Shown here one piece after another: positions 38,269 to 51,979 of a stretch of DNA of 64,000 bases. How positions within the stretch are numbered: the first letter of the stretch is position 1; the number at the start of each line of letters is the position of its first letter. The notes under the pieces were generated by a model. The model did no database searches and was not told the origin of the DNA. It was given only the letters and a program-made list of their open reading frames with translations. The stretch is from Centroscyllium fabricii (lineage: Eukaryota): positions 74,462,001 to 74,526,000 of the forward strand of contig JBNRSN020000007.1 of the NCBI GenBank assembly GCA_051313645.2, given 5' to 3'. A program made the translations under genes and the position numbers.

Positions 38269-39013
38269 GGCCCAGATTTTGCAGTCCGCGTCAAAGGAAT
38301 GGCACTTGCCGTTCGTTACACTTGCAGCTGCCCACATGCTTTTTTGTGAGCTTTTGCGTGGCAACTTATGATTCCTGGAGATCACTTTCATCCAGGAGAT
38401 CACTTTTATCCAGGGTATCTTAGTGGGCAAGCATCAGTGTGTCTCTTCAACCAGTCAGATTGAAGAATCCTTACTGACTGACGGTCTAAACCAGGAAGTA
38501 TAAATTAGAATGTTTCATTCATTGTAAAATCATGTACAAACAGTGAAATAGAGAAGGAAAGAAAGATGGGATTGAGATGAGGAGTTGGTTTAAAAAATAT
38601 ATATATTTAAAATCTCTAAATTCTGAAGGAATGAGATTCCACTCTTGTAAAATTCAATTTTCCAGGCCAGAGAGATTGTTTGGCAGTAATTAAGACTTAT
38701 CACTGTAAAGATTCACTTACACCTGAATACACCAGTCCATACCTTTTCTGCATGATTCGTGGGTAACTAACTAGTTTCGTGGGCAAGTACAGCAACGTCA
38801 CTCCCTTACATGGATTTCAATACCGGATCTTTGTGAGGTACTGGTGTAGTGAAGCTTGTGGAGGAGCAGGGCAAATTGGACTGCAACTTCCTGATTTCTG
38901 CATTTAACTGCGCATGTGTGGACTGGAAGTTGCTGTCCAATTTATTTCATAATAAAATAATGGAGTGCTGATCGACTCACCGTTGTTTATACCCTGTATT
39001 GCAAAATCCAGGC
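38269..39013. mobile_element. Harbinger-like MITE inserted in a CR1 remnant
   Basis: TIRs GGCCCAGATTTTGCA / TGCAAAATCCAGGC; minus-strand CR1 sequence on both sides. Confidence 0.55.
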
Positions 39014-39019
39014 ATTATC

Positions 39020-39560
39020 TTAAGACTGCCTATCTGGTCACCCCTCAGCCTTTTCTTTGTAGAGCAGCGCCTCACCTTTCTGCATAAGTATATCCTCTGA
39101 TCTGGTGTCATCCATGAAAATCTTTTTTGCACCCTCTCTAGTGTCTCTACATCCTTTTATAATATGGAGACCAGAACTGTTCATAGTATTCCAAATGTGG
39201 TCTAATCAAGGTTCTAGTTGAACATGATTTTCCTACTTTTCAGTTCTATCCCTCTAGAAATGAACCCCAGTGCATGGTTTGCTTTTTTAATGGCCTTATT
39301 AACCTGCATCGCTACTTTGTGGTTTTGTGTATCTGTACCGCCAGATCCCTTTGTTTCTCTACCCCTTTCAGACTCTTATTATCCAAGGAGTATGTGGCCT
39401 CCTTTATTCTTCCCAAAATGGACCACCTCACATTTATCGACATTTAAATCCATTTGCCAAATTCACACCCATTGTACAAGCTTATTAATGTCTTCCTGTA
39501 TTTTGTCACATTCTTCCTTTTTGTATTAACTACGCCTCCCAATTTGGCGGCGTCTGGATT
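39020..39560 (-). mobile_element. CR1 LINE RT fragment
   Basis: Minus strand reads WQMDLNVDKCEVVHFG-like sequence. Confidence 0.7.
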
Positions 39561-40144
39561 TTGAAATACGCAATTGGATAATGTGATAGTTACTAAGATC
39601 TCAGTAAAATGTACTGTTCATGATTGAACTGTGAATCTTTGAACAATTGAAGGGTGGAAAAGCCCACAGCAGTATAAAAGATTTTCACCCTGCCAAACTT
39701 TTGGGCTGTCTAGTGTCTAAGCTGTATAACACAAGGATAAAATTCTTGATTTATAGCTGTCACTGGGAACAATTGGAGATGAACTGTGCCATATGACCCA
39801 GCAAGCATATAGTGCAACAACATATTAGCTTTTTTATTATGCAAGCAATGCACTAAAGTTCAGTGTACTGATGCAGGACATTTTCTGAGTAATTTCGACT
39901 TAATTTCTTAACACCAATTTATTGAGTTCGACTGATTTGCTGAACTTCTGTTTATAGGTGTTGAGTATGCTCCTTCCAATTCTCTCACAGCATCCAATCA
40001 GAAAATTGGTAATTTAGGTGAAATAAAGAATTTTGCCAACTTTTTTTGTAATTTAATTGGACACAAGTAGTTTCAGCAATATTACAAGACAGGTTGTTGG
40101 CACTGATGTAAGTCAACATGGAGAGCTTCAGTTGACTGAGTAAA

Positions 40145-41529
40145 TGAACACCTGCTTCAAAACCGCCACCATCATCCCTGTGCCCAAGAAAATGGCCATG
40201 ACTTGCCTGAACGACTACCGCCCTGTTGCACTTACACCCATTATCATGAAGTGTTTCGAGCGGCTGGTCCTGGCCCACATCAAAGCCAGCATCCCCGCCG
40301 CCCTGGACCAATACCAGTTCGCCTACCGTGGGAACAGATCTACAGAGGATGCTATCACTACGGCTCTTCACTCTGCACTAAACCACCTGGATAGCAAAGA
40401 TACATATATCAGAATGCTGTTTATTGACTACAGCTCAGCATTCAACACCATCGTCCCCAGCAAATTGTCTACCAAACTCCTCACCCTCTGCCTGAACACC
40501 TCCCTCTGCAACTGGACCCTGGACTTCCTAACCAACAGACCACAGTCTGTGAAGTTAGGCAACCTCACCTTCCCCCCCCCCCCTTTACCCTGAACACGGG
40601 GGCCCCACAAGGTTGTGTGCTCAGCCCCCTCCTCTACTCCCTCTTCACTCACGACTGTGCGGCTGTCCATGGCTCCAACACGATCATCAAGTTCGCGGAT
40701 GACACCACGGTGGTTGGCCAGATCACCAACAACGACGAGTCAGCCTACAGGGATGAGATCCAGCGCCTTGTGGGTTGGTGTGCTGACAACAACCTGGCAC
40801 TGAACACCAAGAAAACCAAGGAGATCATAGTGGACTTCCGGAGGACTGGAAGCAGAAGACACCACCATCTTCATCCAAGGGGCTGAGGTGGAAAGGGTGT
40901 CCAGCTTCAAGTTCCTCGGGGTCCACATCTCGGAAGATCTCTCCTGGTCACTAAACACCTCCTCTCTGGTTAAGAAGGCCCAACAGCGCCTATACTTCCT
41001 AAGGAAGCTGAAGAAAGCCAGGCTGTCATCCGGCATCCTCTCCAACTTCTACCACTGCACAATAGAAAGCATACTGACAAGCTGCATCATTGTCTGGTAT
41101 GGTAATTGCACTATCTCGGACCGGAAAACCCTGCAGCGGGTAGTCAAAACTGCCCAACGAATTACCGGTACACAGCTACCTTCAATGGAAAGCATCTACC
41201 TCAAACGCTGCTTACGGAGGTCTATGAACATTATTAAAGACCCCACACACCCCAGCCACAGTCTGTTCGCCCCCCTGCCCTCCAGGAGACGCTACAGAGC
41301 AATTTGCACCCTCACGACTAAATTTCAGAACAGCTTCTTCCCCAGGGCTGTCAGCCTCCTGAACTCTAAAAAGAAACTCCGGTACCTGCACGCCTGATAA
41401 TGTACTCTACTGTATGCATTTTGCATGTAATTTATTTATTTTATTTGCACTACTCTCTGGAGAGTCGAGTCTTCGTCTCGTTGTATTGTACTAGTACTCT
41501 GCAATGACAATAAAACTTGAATTGAATTG
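40145..41529 (+). mobile_element. 5'-truncated Rex1/Babar LINE (RT domain and 3' UTR)
   Basis: ORFs 40144..40593, 40617..40886 and 40888..41397: [56 protein letters not shown]; tail ACAATAAAACTTGAATTGAATTG. Confidence 0.9.
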
Positions 41530-43375
41530 CTGGAAGCAAGTTACCATGTTTGGGTTAATTGTGGATTAAAGTTGGATGCTAACCATATTCTCATACCACA
41601 TTAGATTGGAAATATTGCAGTCATACATTTCAGAGGCTGAACTACTGTTCTTGCTTAATTTGTAAATAAATCCAGATCAAATTTGTGCTTCATACAAACG
41701 GGATTAACTTTTAAAGCTTTTTGCAATTCTTCCAGTTTCCCTTGGGCAAACACTTGTACAATGTGTACAATTCTGCTTCGTGTACTAGCTTGTGAATTAA
41801 AAGAAAACCTGAAGTGTGGCTTCATGACTTGACATTTCAGGTAGATTGGACCTGGTTGATGCAATACTGTATAAAAGATCAGATCTGTGTTTGGTTTGTT
41901 CATCAATGCCTCTTAAAATAATTTTATTTACAAAACATTTTATTCTATGACTGTTTAAATCAAATGGTATTTGAAATGGTTGTTGTGCATCTGTACATTA
42001 CTTTTTGTGGCTCTAGTGAGCTGTTCTTTGAAGTTTTTCAGGTTAAGTTGGACAATTCTCTGCAATAACTTTGTCTAATGCTGTGGTTTCAGGTTCTTCT
42101 ACTTTAATGGAATATCCTCCATGGACGCAACTCTGAAGTTAGACCCAAAAATGCAACTATTCCCTCACTGTTATAATCCTGTCCATTCACGCTCAAATGA
42201 ACTTCATTAGAATATGTTTGTAATGTTAGATCATGACTCAAACAAATCAATAAACCCACACCATGTATATCCAAGAACAAAAGCTTCAACTCCTTCAACC
42301 ACTGTTTAGGCACAAGTTTAAGAACCTGCAATTGGGAAACTTTTTCAATTTTTTATGTGACTTATACTTGTGCCATAAAAATGCATCAAAGGGAACAAAA
42401 TGCCAAGCAGGTCTAGGAGGATAGATTTAAAAAAAAAAAACTTGGTAGAGCCAGTTTTATGGGTGGAGGGATCACTAGAGGACAGTTTAAAGATAAAAAT
42501 GGAGATTTTTGTTTACTTGTGTAACTCGCTTACACCCAGAATTCCATAATCTTTTAAGTGGTGTAAATTATATGCAAATATGGGGGAAATTAAAGACACT
42601 GGTACCTCCTGCAGCTAGCATGCTTTCACTTATAACAAGCTAACCATGTTCTGCTAGCAGTAGTCTGCTACTTTTACTACATCCTTGTGCAGGGCTAGGA
42701 GCATTGGTGCTAACTTGCCTAACTTTATAAGCATCAGATTAAATTTCAGGTCAAAGTAAATTACATAATGTAATAGAGATCAGATTTTGTTTTAGTATTT
42801 GATCCAAAATCTAGCAGCCTCCTTAACATTTTGGGAAATATCTTGAGTTGTATTGATGACTTGGCACATGTACAAATCACTGATTTTAGTACTCCATAAT
42901 AGCCAAAACGGTTTGAGACTTCCTGAAAAAATGTTTCTAAATCAGCTGGGTGTGACCTGAGTCAAAAGGAATGTTGCCGTCCTGAACGGGCTGTAAATGA
43001 TGACCCTGCACCGACCGGCTGATGCAGATTGCAAATGGTTTCCACTTTGGACTAAATCTTGCTGGCAGGGCAGCCTTGAACAGGAAAGAACACACTGAAT
43101 TCTTTAATAGTCTATTCAAGTCAGTAATGTGACTTTCTTCCCCTGTGCACCTATTTCCTTCTCTTTCCCCCCCCCCCCCCACCCCCCCCCCTCAAAACCC
43201 AACCCCAGGACTGCAACAGAAGCTCAATGCAGCAGCATTTGATATCGGCTGTAACCATGTTTCCCTTTTCTGTGATTATGTAAAGTGGGAGTTTTTCTGG
43301 TGACTTTTGTCAAGGGTATGCAGCCACTTTTTTTTCTCCCCCTCTTAATCCCCATTCTGTTTGTTTCCTCACTAG

Positions 43376-43480
<105 letters not shown>

Positions 43481-43719
43481 TAAGAAATGCATGCTTGCAA
43501 GTGCCACATATTAGAGTTACCATTGCTTGTCTGTGTTCAGGCGATAAATTAGTAAATCCTTAGCTGTAAAGGAGAAGGCTGCAGCTGTATTTTTTTGTGC
43601 AGTGTTTGGGACTATATAGTAGCTTTGTAAATTAAAAAAAAAAAACTCATCCCAAGGCAATTAAGGTGTAAAAGAACATGGGTGCTGAGCCAATGAATTT
43701 AGCAATAACATTCCAAGTA

Positions 43720-43868
43720 CAGGTACACTGCAAATTTGCAAAAATATCGGAGGTCCGACACTGACGAATGTGACCTGGGTGGGTTGCGTCTGGTCATTTT
43801 TCACACGCAACTCTGGTCATTTTTGAAATTTCGGTTTTTGGAGTCGCAGATAAAGGATTGTGTACCTG
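43720..43868. mobile_element. Short internally deleted Tc1/mariner-pogo MITE (family of 58685-59328)
   Basis: TA-CAGGTACAC ... GATAAAGGATTGTGTACCTG-TA. Confidence 0.7.
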
Positions 43869-44862
43869 TAGTGCATCAGGAAGTCTTGTTCTATTGATTT
43901 ATTGATCTATATTTTCTGAAATGTACACGAGGTAGTTCATTGTTCGAATGGATAGCTATTCCAGCGCCGCCATCAGTTGAGCAGGGATCCAAAAGATGGA
44001 TTTTTGGGACAGAGCATATTGTACAGACTGGATGCACTGGTAAGTCTGTTCTTCAAAGTGATTTCAGAGTCAAATTATTGCTAGGATAATTTGAGCCACT
44101 GAGGATAACACCAGCCCACTGGCAGATTACATTCAGATTGGCTATTTAACCCTTCCAGCAAGTGCTTCTCCCTGTGCCCTCTGTTGAAATCAAGACACTC
44201 TTCTTCCAGCAAATTTTTAGAAATTCTAAAATCCTAACGTGTCATCACCCATGCACTTTTTTTTTTTTTTTTTTTTTTTTAACCTGGTTGTCTTGGTCTT
44301 TTTAACATTGGTGGTATCCTGAACTATTGACATTGGCACTTCTGGCACTTCACCTGGGTTTCTTTTCTGCTGTCTGGTTGTGTAGATGAAGTGCTTAACC
44401 CATTTTCTGTGGGCCTCTATGTTTTGATAGTTTATAAAACTGAGTGTTCAAAGTCAACACAAGACCCTGCAGGTAGAAATGTTTCCATAATTCACATTGC
44501 ATGGATATGTCTGACTGCCTGTGGGGTAAATGAGACAGATGGCAGAATGTCTAGTCATTGAATATCATAAGAAGGGAGTACATTCTAATTGGGCTGATCC
44601 TCACTCTCAAGCAGGTAACGTCCCTAAACTGCAACTTAGCCAGTTTCTGGAGCATGTCGTCTTTGTGCATTTTCCTCATAGGTTTTTCTGTTCTGTATAA
44701 ACCCGGCAAATTCCACTCTTGTTTGCCAAGACCTATTAAATTAAATCCCATAATGCCTTGGTATAGATGGAAATTGCAGCGTGCAGTAGCAATATGCCAT
44801 GACTGGCAGTGTAATGTTTTGGATGACGGTCAAGAGCAGTTGGTGTGTCATAATCAGGACCA

Positions 44863-45319
44863 TAATGTGGAGGTGCCGGTGTTGGACTGGGGTGGACAAA
44901 TGCAAGAAGTCACACCACACCAGATTATAGTCCAACGGTTTTATTTTAAATCACAAGCTTTCAGAGCGCTGCTCCTTCGTCAAGGTGAAAGAGAGACTGA
45001 CTTAAAAGATCATGGTTTTTATATAATCATGGTTTTTATATTAATTTTTTTTTTTTTTTTTTTTTAAATCATTCTGTGGGATTTACAGCAGACTAACATT
45101 TGACCCTGTGACTGCACCCTTTTGATATGTTGGAAAGTCTTGGACTGCTTTGATGTCCCGCCTGACGTAGTCATCCGGACTAGGGACATTTTTGTCTTGG
45201 TAAGATGTGGAAGAGATCCGATTTCTCTGTCTCTAGGGTGAGATGTGGAAGAGATCGGATTTCTCTCCTCCTCCGATATCCACAATGAGATGTGGAAGGG
45301 ATCGGATTTCTCTTTCCCT

Positions 45320-45351
<32 letters not shown>

Positions 45352-45470
45352 ATATGTGATCTTTTAAGTCAGTCTCTCTCTTTCACCTTGACGAAGGAGC
45401 AGCGCTCCGAAAGCTTGTGATTTAAAATAAAACCGTTAGACTATAATCTGGTGTTGTGTGACTTCTTGCA
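44863..45470. mobile_element. Penelope-derived fold-back element with hammerhead motifs
   Basis: Inverted arms 44901-45012 and 45357-45470; 13-bp TSD ATAATCAGGACCA at 44850-44862 and 45471-45483. Confidence 0.8.
45383..45420 (+). ncRNA. Minimal hammerhead ribozyme-like motif (variant core)
   Basis: TCAC-C-TTGACGA-A-GGAGC-agc-GCTCC-GAAA-GC-TT-GTGA; mirror copy on the - strand at 44951-44988. Confidence 0.6.
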
Positions 45471-46762
45471 ATAATCAGGACCAGCAAGTCAAATTAGTAC
45501 GTAACAAAAAAGATCTTTCCTCTGCTATTTAAAACCTGTAGTATTCCTTTTTCTGACTATGTATAGTGTTCAGAGCTGGGTGGTGGTATTGGGCAAAGCT
45601 AAATAATTCCGTGCAATTACAAAATCTGGTCAGTGGTGTTTAGTTTATAATGCAGTGTTTAGTTTATAATGCAGTATCTGTATTGAGAGTGCTACTTTCA
45701 GATGTGTCATCCTTTGGGTGAGATACCAAGGGTCCTGCCTGTCTGTTCAGGTGGATGTCAAGATTCCATGATACGAGTCAAAGAAAAGCAGGAAATACTC
45801 TGGTTGCCTTGGCCAATGTTCCTTCGTCTCAGTACAATTTTTGGTGTATTACACTTGTGGAATGGCTGCCATATTTGCCGAAATAATTCATGCAGTCAAA
45901 GGGGTTCATTTCTTTGAACTGTTTCGAAACATTGCACTGATGTGGTAATGTGCTATGAAATCTCTTTTTCCCCTACTTTTGGCATGCATCATTTGAGTGG
46001 ACAATCAACCTGTTGCTAGACCTCTGCCATCATGTTTTCTTTTTAAACCTACTACTGGGAGATATGTGTGAACATTGAAACATTCCCGGTTTTTCCTTTT
46101 TCCTTATGAGCATCACCTGGCTTTTTTCCCCCGAGGGCATGAAAGGCACAATATATTATTTATTTTTATATATATATATATATATATAATTTATTTTTTT
46201 TATTTTTAAAAAAGGTTATAGCTCTCCATCTAAAATGCACAGGAACTTCATGGGCTGTGTACCTGGTGCTGATTTTTGCTGGGTTATAATTTTGTTGATG
46301 CTTGCAGCCCACATTCCTGTTAAGCTACGTAGCGGTCTGGAGGCCCTGCGCAGGCCACTCGCCAGCTTTACAATAGTATTAACCACACGTGTGGAAAAAT
46401 TGAATGGGCTGACCAGCCAGTTAAAGGGCCCGTGCATCATAAAATAAAATAATTACAGGAAACATTGCGCTCAGCCCTCCCGTACCTTGTCAAAGTAGCA
46501 AACATTATATGCAGTTCTATTTAGTAAACATCGGGGGGGATATCTTACCAGAAGCAACATCATGGCAGAGTTCAATCCTGTTGTCCTCTAAAGAATTGGG
46601 TTGAGGACTTTATAGTCCTTCTGGTTCAATTGCACATGGGAGCTATTAAATTAAGTTATTCAAATAAGGATAACAAACTTGTTTTTGATCGTCTAAATTT
46701 CTGCACGGACTTGAGATACATAAAGTTGCAATTTAAAAAAAAATCCACTTCTGTGCTTTTAG

Positions 46763-47038
<276 letters not shown>

Positions 47039-47790
47039 TAAATGACTTTTTTCAATAATGGCCATTGTTTGAAATTAATTCACTTTGATATGAACAGCCT
47101 AGTGTCCACCTCGGTGAATTGTAGGTGGATAAGTGAAGTTAAATAGGCAGACCAAAATTACTAAATTATAACCTTTTAGGCATAAAGTGCTTTTCAGAAG
47201 GGAACCGCAGTTTGGGTGTTCTGTGCAGGGACTAAAATTGAAAATTTTGCACTTGGAAATAGTAATTTAACTAACCATCACCTTGCAGTCTGGTTAGTTT
47301 GCAGGCTATTGAATAAGATGAGATTTCACGAAGTCAGTGTGGTAGTGAGTCATGCACACTACAAGATCCTGAGTTTTATTTGGAGGCGATATTGAATTAG
47401 TTAATCTCTGGTAGGGCATCAGTTAAGGATTGGTTGAGGTGAAGAAGATTAGTGGCTCCTGATCACCTATCTAGAGACCAATGCTAAAATGTATGGATGT
47501 TGGGTGGGAATGTGATTGGTCTCTGTGGGATGTCCTTTACTGAATAAACTGCTGCTCATGGCAAGAAATGAATGAAGGTGCCAAGAGAACTCAGTTACCT
47601 TGTGCATCGTGGGGTGGGGTGGAGAGAGGGAGGGAAAATGAGTTAGCTGGAAAAGTGAACAGTTAGAAGTTTTGATACCTGAGATTCAAATGGATTTTGA
47701 TTTGTAAACTTAATCGGACAGTTTCATGTAACTAGATTTTGCTAAAGTTGAATTATTTTGATGTTGGTCGGCTTCTTGTGCCCTTTGATA

Positions 47791-48128
47791 CAAGTTGGGC
47801 ACCGTTAATCCGGCACCCGAAAAACTGGCCGCTTCAGACGTCGGGCACATATTTCCCTGACTGCCCTGCGCATGTGCAAAATGGCTGCCGTGCGTGGCTG
47901 TGCATGCCCGGGTCTCCCTGACTGGTCTGCGCATGTGCAATATGGCCGCTGTGCATGACCGGGCCTCCCCGAACGATTGATGCTTCGGTGAGTGCATGCG
48001 CAGACCAAAATTTCGCGGCCATTTTGAATGGTCTGCACATGCGCCACCGAAGCTTCAATCATTTGGCGTTTACAAAAATTCAGCACGGTCCTGGCCCTGA
48101 CCGTGCCAGATTAACTAAGCTCAGCCTG
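47791..48128 (+). mobile_element. Tc1/mariner-pogo MITE, GCGCATGCGC family
   Basis: TA-CAAGTTGGGCACCGTTAATCCGGCAC ... GTGCCAGATTAACTAAGCTCAGCCTG-TA. Confidence 0.75.
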
Positions 48129-48819
48129 TATAGTGAACATTTTCCCTCCTTCAGTTTTGTATTTTGATCTTTACTCCCCCTTTTTATATATACTCTTGTC
48201 TATTTTATACACTTGTATTTTTTTGCTCAGTCAAACCATCCATGCTTCTTGTATTGGTTGCCTGTTTTAGCTGGTGCCTGTTTTAGCTGGTCCAGTTTGA
48301 TTTTTGTTCTGTGTAGTAATCACATTGCCTTGCTTATGCAGATGAGTCTGAAAATGAAATGCATATTTTTTTGGGCATGTCCAAGAATGTTCTCAGCCAT
48401 TTCATGGTCAAGTGCCCAGTTGGTTAGATTCTGTTGCCTATTTCTGTATGACTAGTTTCTAGCTCTTAATTGCTGTGTAGTAATTGTTAATGGTTATTTT
48501 CAATCCAATTTTGTTGTGTGGATTTTAATGAGTTAAATATCAATTTATGTTTCAGTGGCTGGAGTCACAGGTGATTTTTAATAACTAGGTTTTTTTGTAT
48601 ATCTTCTACTGCCTGAGGGTGGTGCTGGGGATTGGAACACTTTCCCTCTGTCTCCCAACTTCCAGGTCTGGTATGGTACAGCATAAATCCCAAATTTGGA
48701 GCACCCTCTACTGTGCCAATGTAACACCATTCCACAACAGCCATTCTATCCAATCGCTGAGCAAGATTGGCAGTGGGTGGTTTTGTGGTATGGATCCATA
48801 GCTACTGAGAACTGAAATG

Positions 48820-50285
48820 TATCCCAGGCTGTTGGCAAAGCAAAAGAAGAAATAGCAGAGCAGAGGCCCTGACCATCATTTTCCAATCCTCTCTGCTTCA
48901 GGTGTGGTGCTGGAGGACTGCTAATGTGGTACCCTTGTTTAAAAAGGGAGAAAAGGATAGACTAAGTAGTTACAGCCGGTCGGCCTAACCTCGGTGGTGG
49001 GAAAATTATTGGAAAGAATTTAGAAGGACAGGAATTTAGAAAGACAGATTTGTTAAGGGAAGATTGTGTCTGACAAACTTGATTGAATTTATTGAGGAGG
49101 TAACCAGGAGAGTAGATTTGGGGGGGGGTTTAGGTAGTGTGTTTGATGTAGTGTATATAGACATTAGCAAGGCTTTTGATGAGGCTCCACATGGGAGACT
49201 GTTTACTAACTAACTTAAAAGCCCATGGGATCAGGGGAAAGTGTCAAGTTGGATTCAGAACTGGCTCGGAGACCGGAAGCAGAGGGTAATGATTGATGGG
49301 TGTTTTTGTGACTGGAAGGCTGTTTCCAGTGGGGTTCTGTAAGGCTCAGTACTAGGTCCCTTGCTTTTTATGGTACATATCAATGCTCTAGACTTTAACA
49401 TAGGGGGCATGATTAAGAAGTTTGCAGATGATACTAAAATTGGCTGTGATTGATGCTGAAGAAGGAAGCTTTAGACTGCAGGAAGATATCATGAACTGGT
49501 CAGGTGGGCAGAACCGTGGCAAGTGGAATTCAATCTGGATAAGTGTGAGGTAATGCATTTGGGGAGGGCTAACCAGGAAAGGGAATACACATTAAATGGT
49601 AGGACAGAGTAGTGTAGAGGAACAAAGGGACCTTGGAGTGCATGTCCACAGATCCCTGAAGGTAGCAGGCCAGGTAGATAAGGTGGTTAAGAAGGCATAT
49701 GAAATGCTTGCCTTATTAGCCATGGCATAGAATACAAGAGCAGGGGGGGTTATGCTTCAACTGTATAAAACACTAGTTAGGCCTCCGCTAGAGTACTGCA
49801 TGCAGTCCTGGACACCACATTACAGGAAAGATGTGATTGCACTAGAGAGGGTACAGAGGCAATTTACAAAGCTGTTGCTGGGAGTAGAGAATCTTGGCTA
49901 TGAGGAAAGACTGGATAGGCTGGGTCTGTTTTCCTTGGAACAGAGGCGGCTGAGGTGTATAAAATTGAGGGACATAGTGGATAGAAAGGACCAATTGGGA
50001 CCAATTTCCCTTGGCAGAGGGGTCAAAAACCAGGGGGCACAGATTTATGTAATTGGTGGAAGATTTAGAGGGAATTTGAGGGGAAATTTATTCACCCAGA
50101 AGATTGTGGGGGTCTGTAACTCATTGCCTGAAAGGGTGGTAGAGGCAGAAACCCTAACCACATTTAAAAAAATACTTGAAGAGCTGGGAAGTGGGATTAG
50201 GCTGGATAGCTCTTTTGTTGGCCGGTGTTGACACGATGGGCCAAAATGGCCTCCTTCCGTGCTGTAACTTTCCGTGATTCTATGG
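48820..50285 (+). mobile_element. 5'-truncated CR1 LINE (RT to 3' UTR)
   Basis: KFADDTKIG motif; ORF 49752..50231 LQLYKTLVRPPLEYC...GYEERLDRLGLFSLEQRRLR. Confidence 0.88.
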
Positions 50286-51348
50286 ACTGAGATTGCCCAA
50301 ACTCTGTTTGCTCAAGGTGAGGGATATTAGTCCTAGGGGGAATGGAGCTCTGCTTTATGTTGTTCCCAGATCAGTGTATATAACAGGCAGAGGAAAGCTT
50401 CCTCTACTTTGCCCCAACAATGCCCCTATCTTGAACACTCCCTACTTCACTGTTTTCCATTGCACATACCTGTCATCCTATGGCCTCTGAGCGAGTTTGC
50501 CAATTAGTGCTGAATTGAGGACAGTTTTGTGCCCACTACAAACTAAATTGAGATTCCACAAATTTAGTTGATTTGCAGACCTTGCAACCAGCAGACAGGA
50601 GACTTTCAGTCTGAACAGGATGAGCCCAGGTTCCAGTACACCTGTCCCTTCTCCCCTTCCTCCCTGACACACTGGGTTTAGAGTTGCTGTTTCTTCTCTC
50701 TCAGGCAGGATTGGTACTGATCAATACATAAATAACTTTGTTGGAAGTTATTCTAATTCTGGTTATCATTCCTTTAATGAGAATGGACAAATGGGCTGCT
50801 GCACATCTCTAGTACTGGGCAGTGCTCAAATAGTTCAAGATGACTGTTTTCCCCTTCACGCTTTCCCTTTCTCTTTTTACCCCCACCCTTTCAACCTCGA
50901 GAGGAAAGTGCTTTGACACAACTTGGCACGTTTACTTGAGTTTGCAAACTCTCCACAAGAAAAAAGGGAAAAGTTGCCACATTGTCTGCAGTGGTTCAAG
51001 AAGGTGGCTCACCACCAGCTTAAGGGCAATTAAGGATGGGCAATAAATGTTGGCCTTGCCAATGATGCCCACATCCATGAATTAATTAAAAAAAAAAGCT
51101 GTAATTGGTCTGTATCCATTCTCTTCCTTCTCGCAACATTCTTGCCTGTGTTGAAATCAACATCAGTCTCCTGCTCGCACCTGTTATTTTGACCTCATCT
51201 GTGGAACTCTATCTGCCATGGTCTATCCTTCCTCTTGCAGGCTAAATGCTTTTAGCACCCAAGCTTAGCATCACCATTTCCAGGTTTATGTAGTAATCTT
51301 TATTCAACTTTGGCATCTGCAGTTAGCAGATTTGGTTTATTAATTGAA

Positions 51349-51722
51349 AAGGTTGAAGACCGTTAATCCGGTAACCGAAAAGCCGACAACTTCAGACATG
51401 CGGCATAAATTGCCCCGACTGCCCTGCGCATGCGCAAAATGACGACCACGATTGATGCTTCGGCGAATGATCTGCACATGTGTTGCCGAATGGCGCGCAC
51501 ATGCACATCATTCAAAACTTCACGGCAGCCATTTCACATGATCTGCGTATGCGCTCGCTATTTGGCGGCACATGCACAGATCATTCAAAATTTTGCAGCG
51601 GCCATTTCCAATGTACTGCACATGCGCGTGGCCATTTTGAATGGTGCACATATGCGCACTGGACGGCTTCATCCGGCTTTTTCACTGGTCCTGCCGGTGC
51701 CGGATTAACGGTGTTCAACCTG
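51349..51722 (+). mobile_element. Tc1/mariner-pogo MITE, GCGCATGCGC family
   Basis: TIRs AGGTTGAAGACCGTTAATCCGG / CCGGATTAACGGTGTTCAACCTG. Confidence 0.8.
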
Positions 51723-51895
51723 CAGTTGATTTGATCTAAAAATATGACTGATGAATTCAGTGAGGCAAGAATTGGAACCCTGCTAACTGATGCAGACTGA
51801 CTAGAAACCATTCTCCATTTTAGGTGACTTTTCTGTGGGAATCTTTGTTTTATGTATGATTTATAATGGTGCTAACTGTTCACTGCTCCCTTCAG

Positions 51896-51979
51896 TGTCC
51901 TGGAACAACACAAGTTGAACAAAGAACAGTGGGAGGATCGAATCCAGATTTGGCATGAGGAACACCGAGGAATGATCAG
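51896..51979 (+). CDS. msn: Moesin coding exon, [28 protein letters not shown]
   Basis: AG/GT flanked, 84 nt, phase 2-2 consistent with neighbouring exons. Confidence 0.93.

Noticed and set aside
42399-42415. ATGCCAAGCAGGT as the moesin start exon
   Set aside because: It lies downstream of the exon encoding residues 5-32 and does not give MPKx in phase 0
45200-45315. GGAAGAGATCGG resembles the Illumina adapter AGATCGGAAGAGC
   Set aside because: The order of the words differs, the three copies are diverged, and they sit inside a TSD-bounded element
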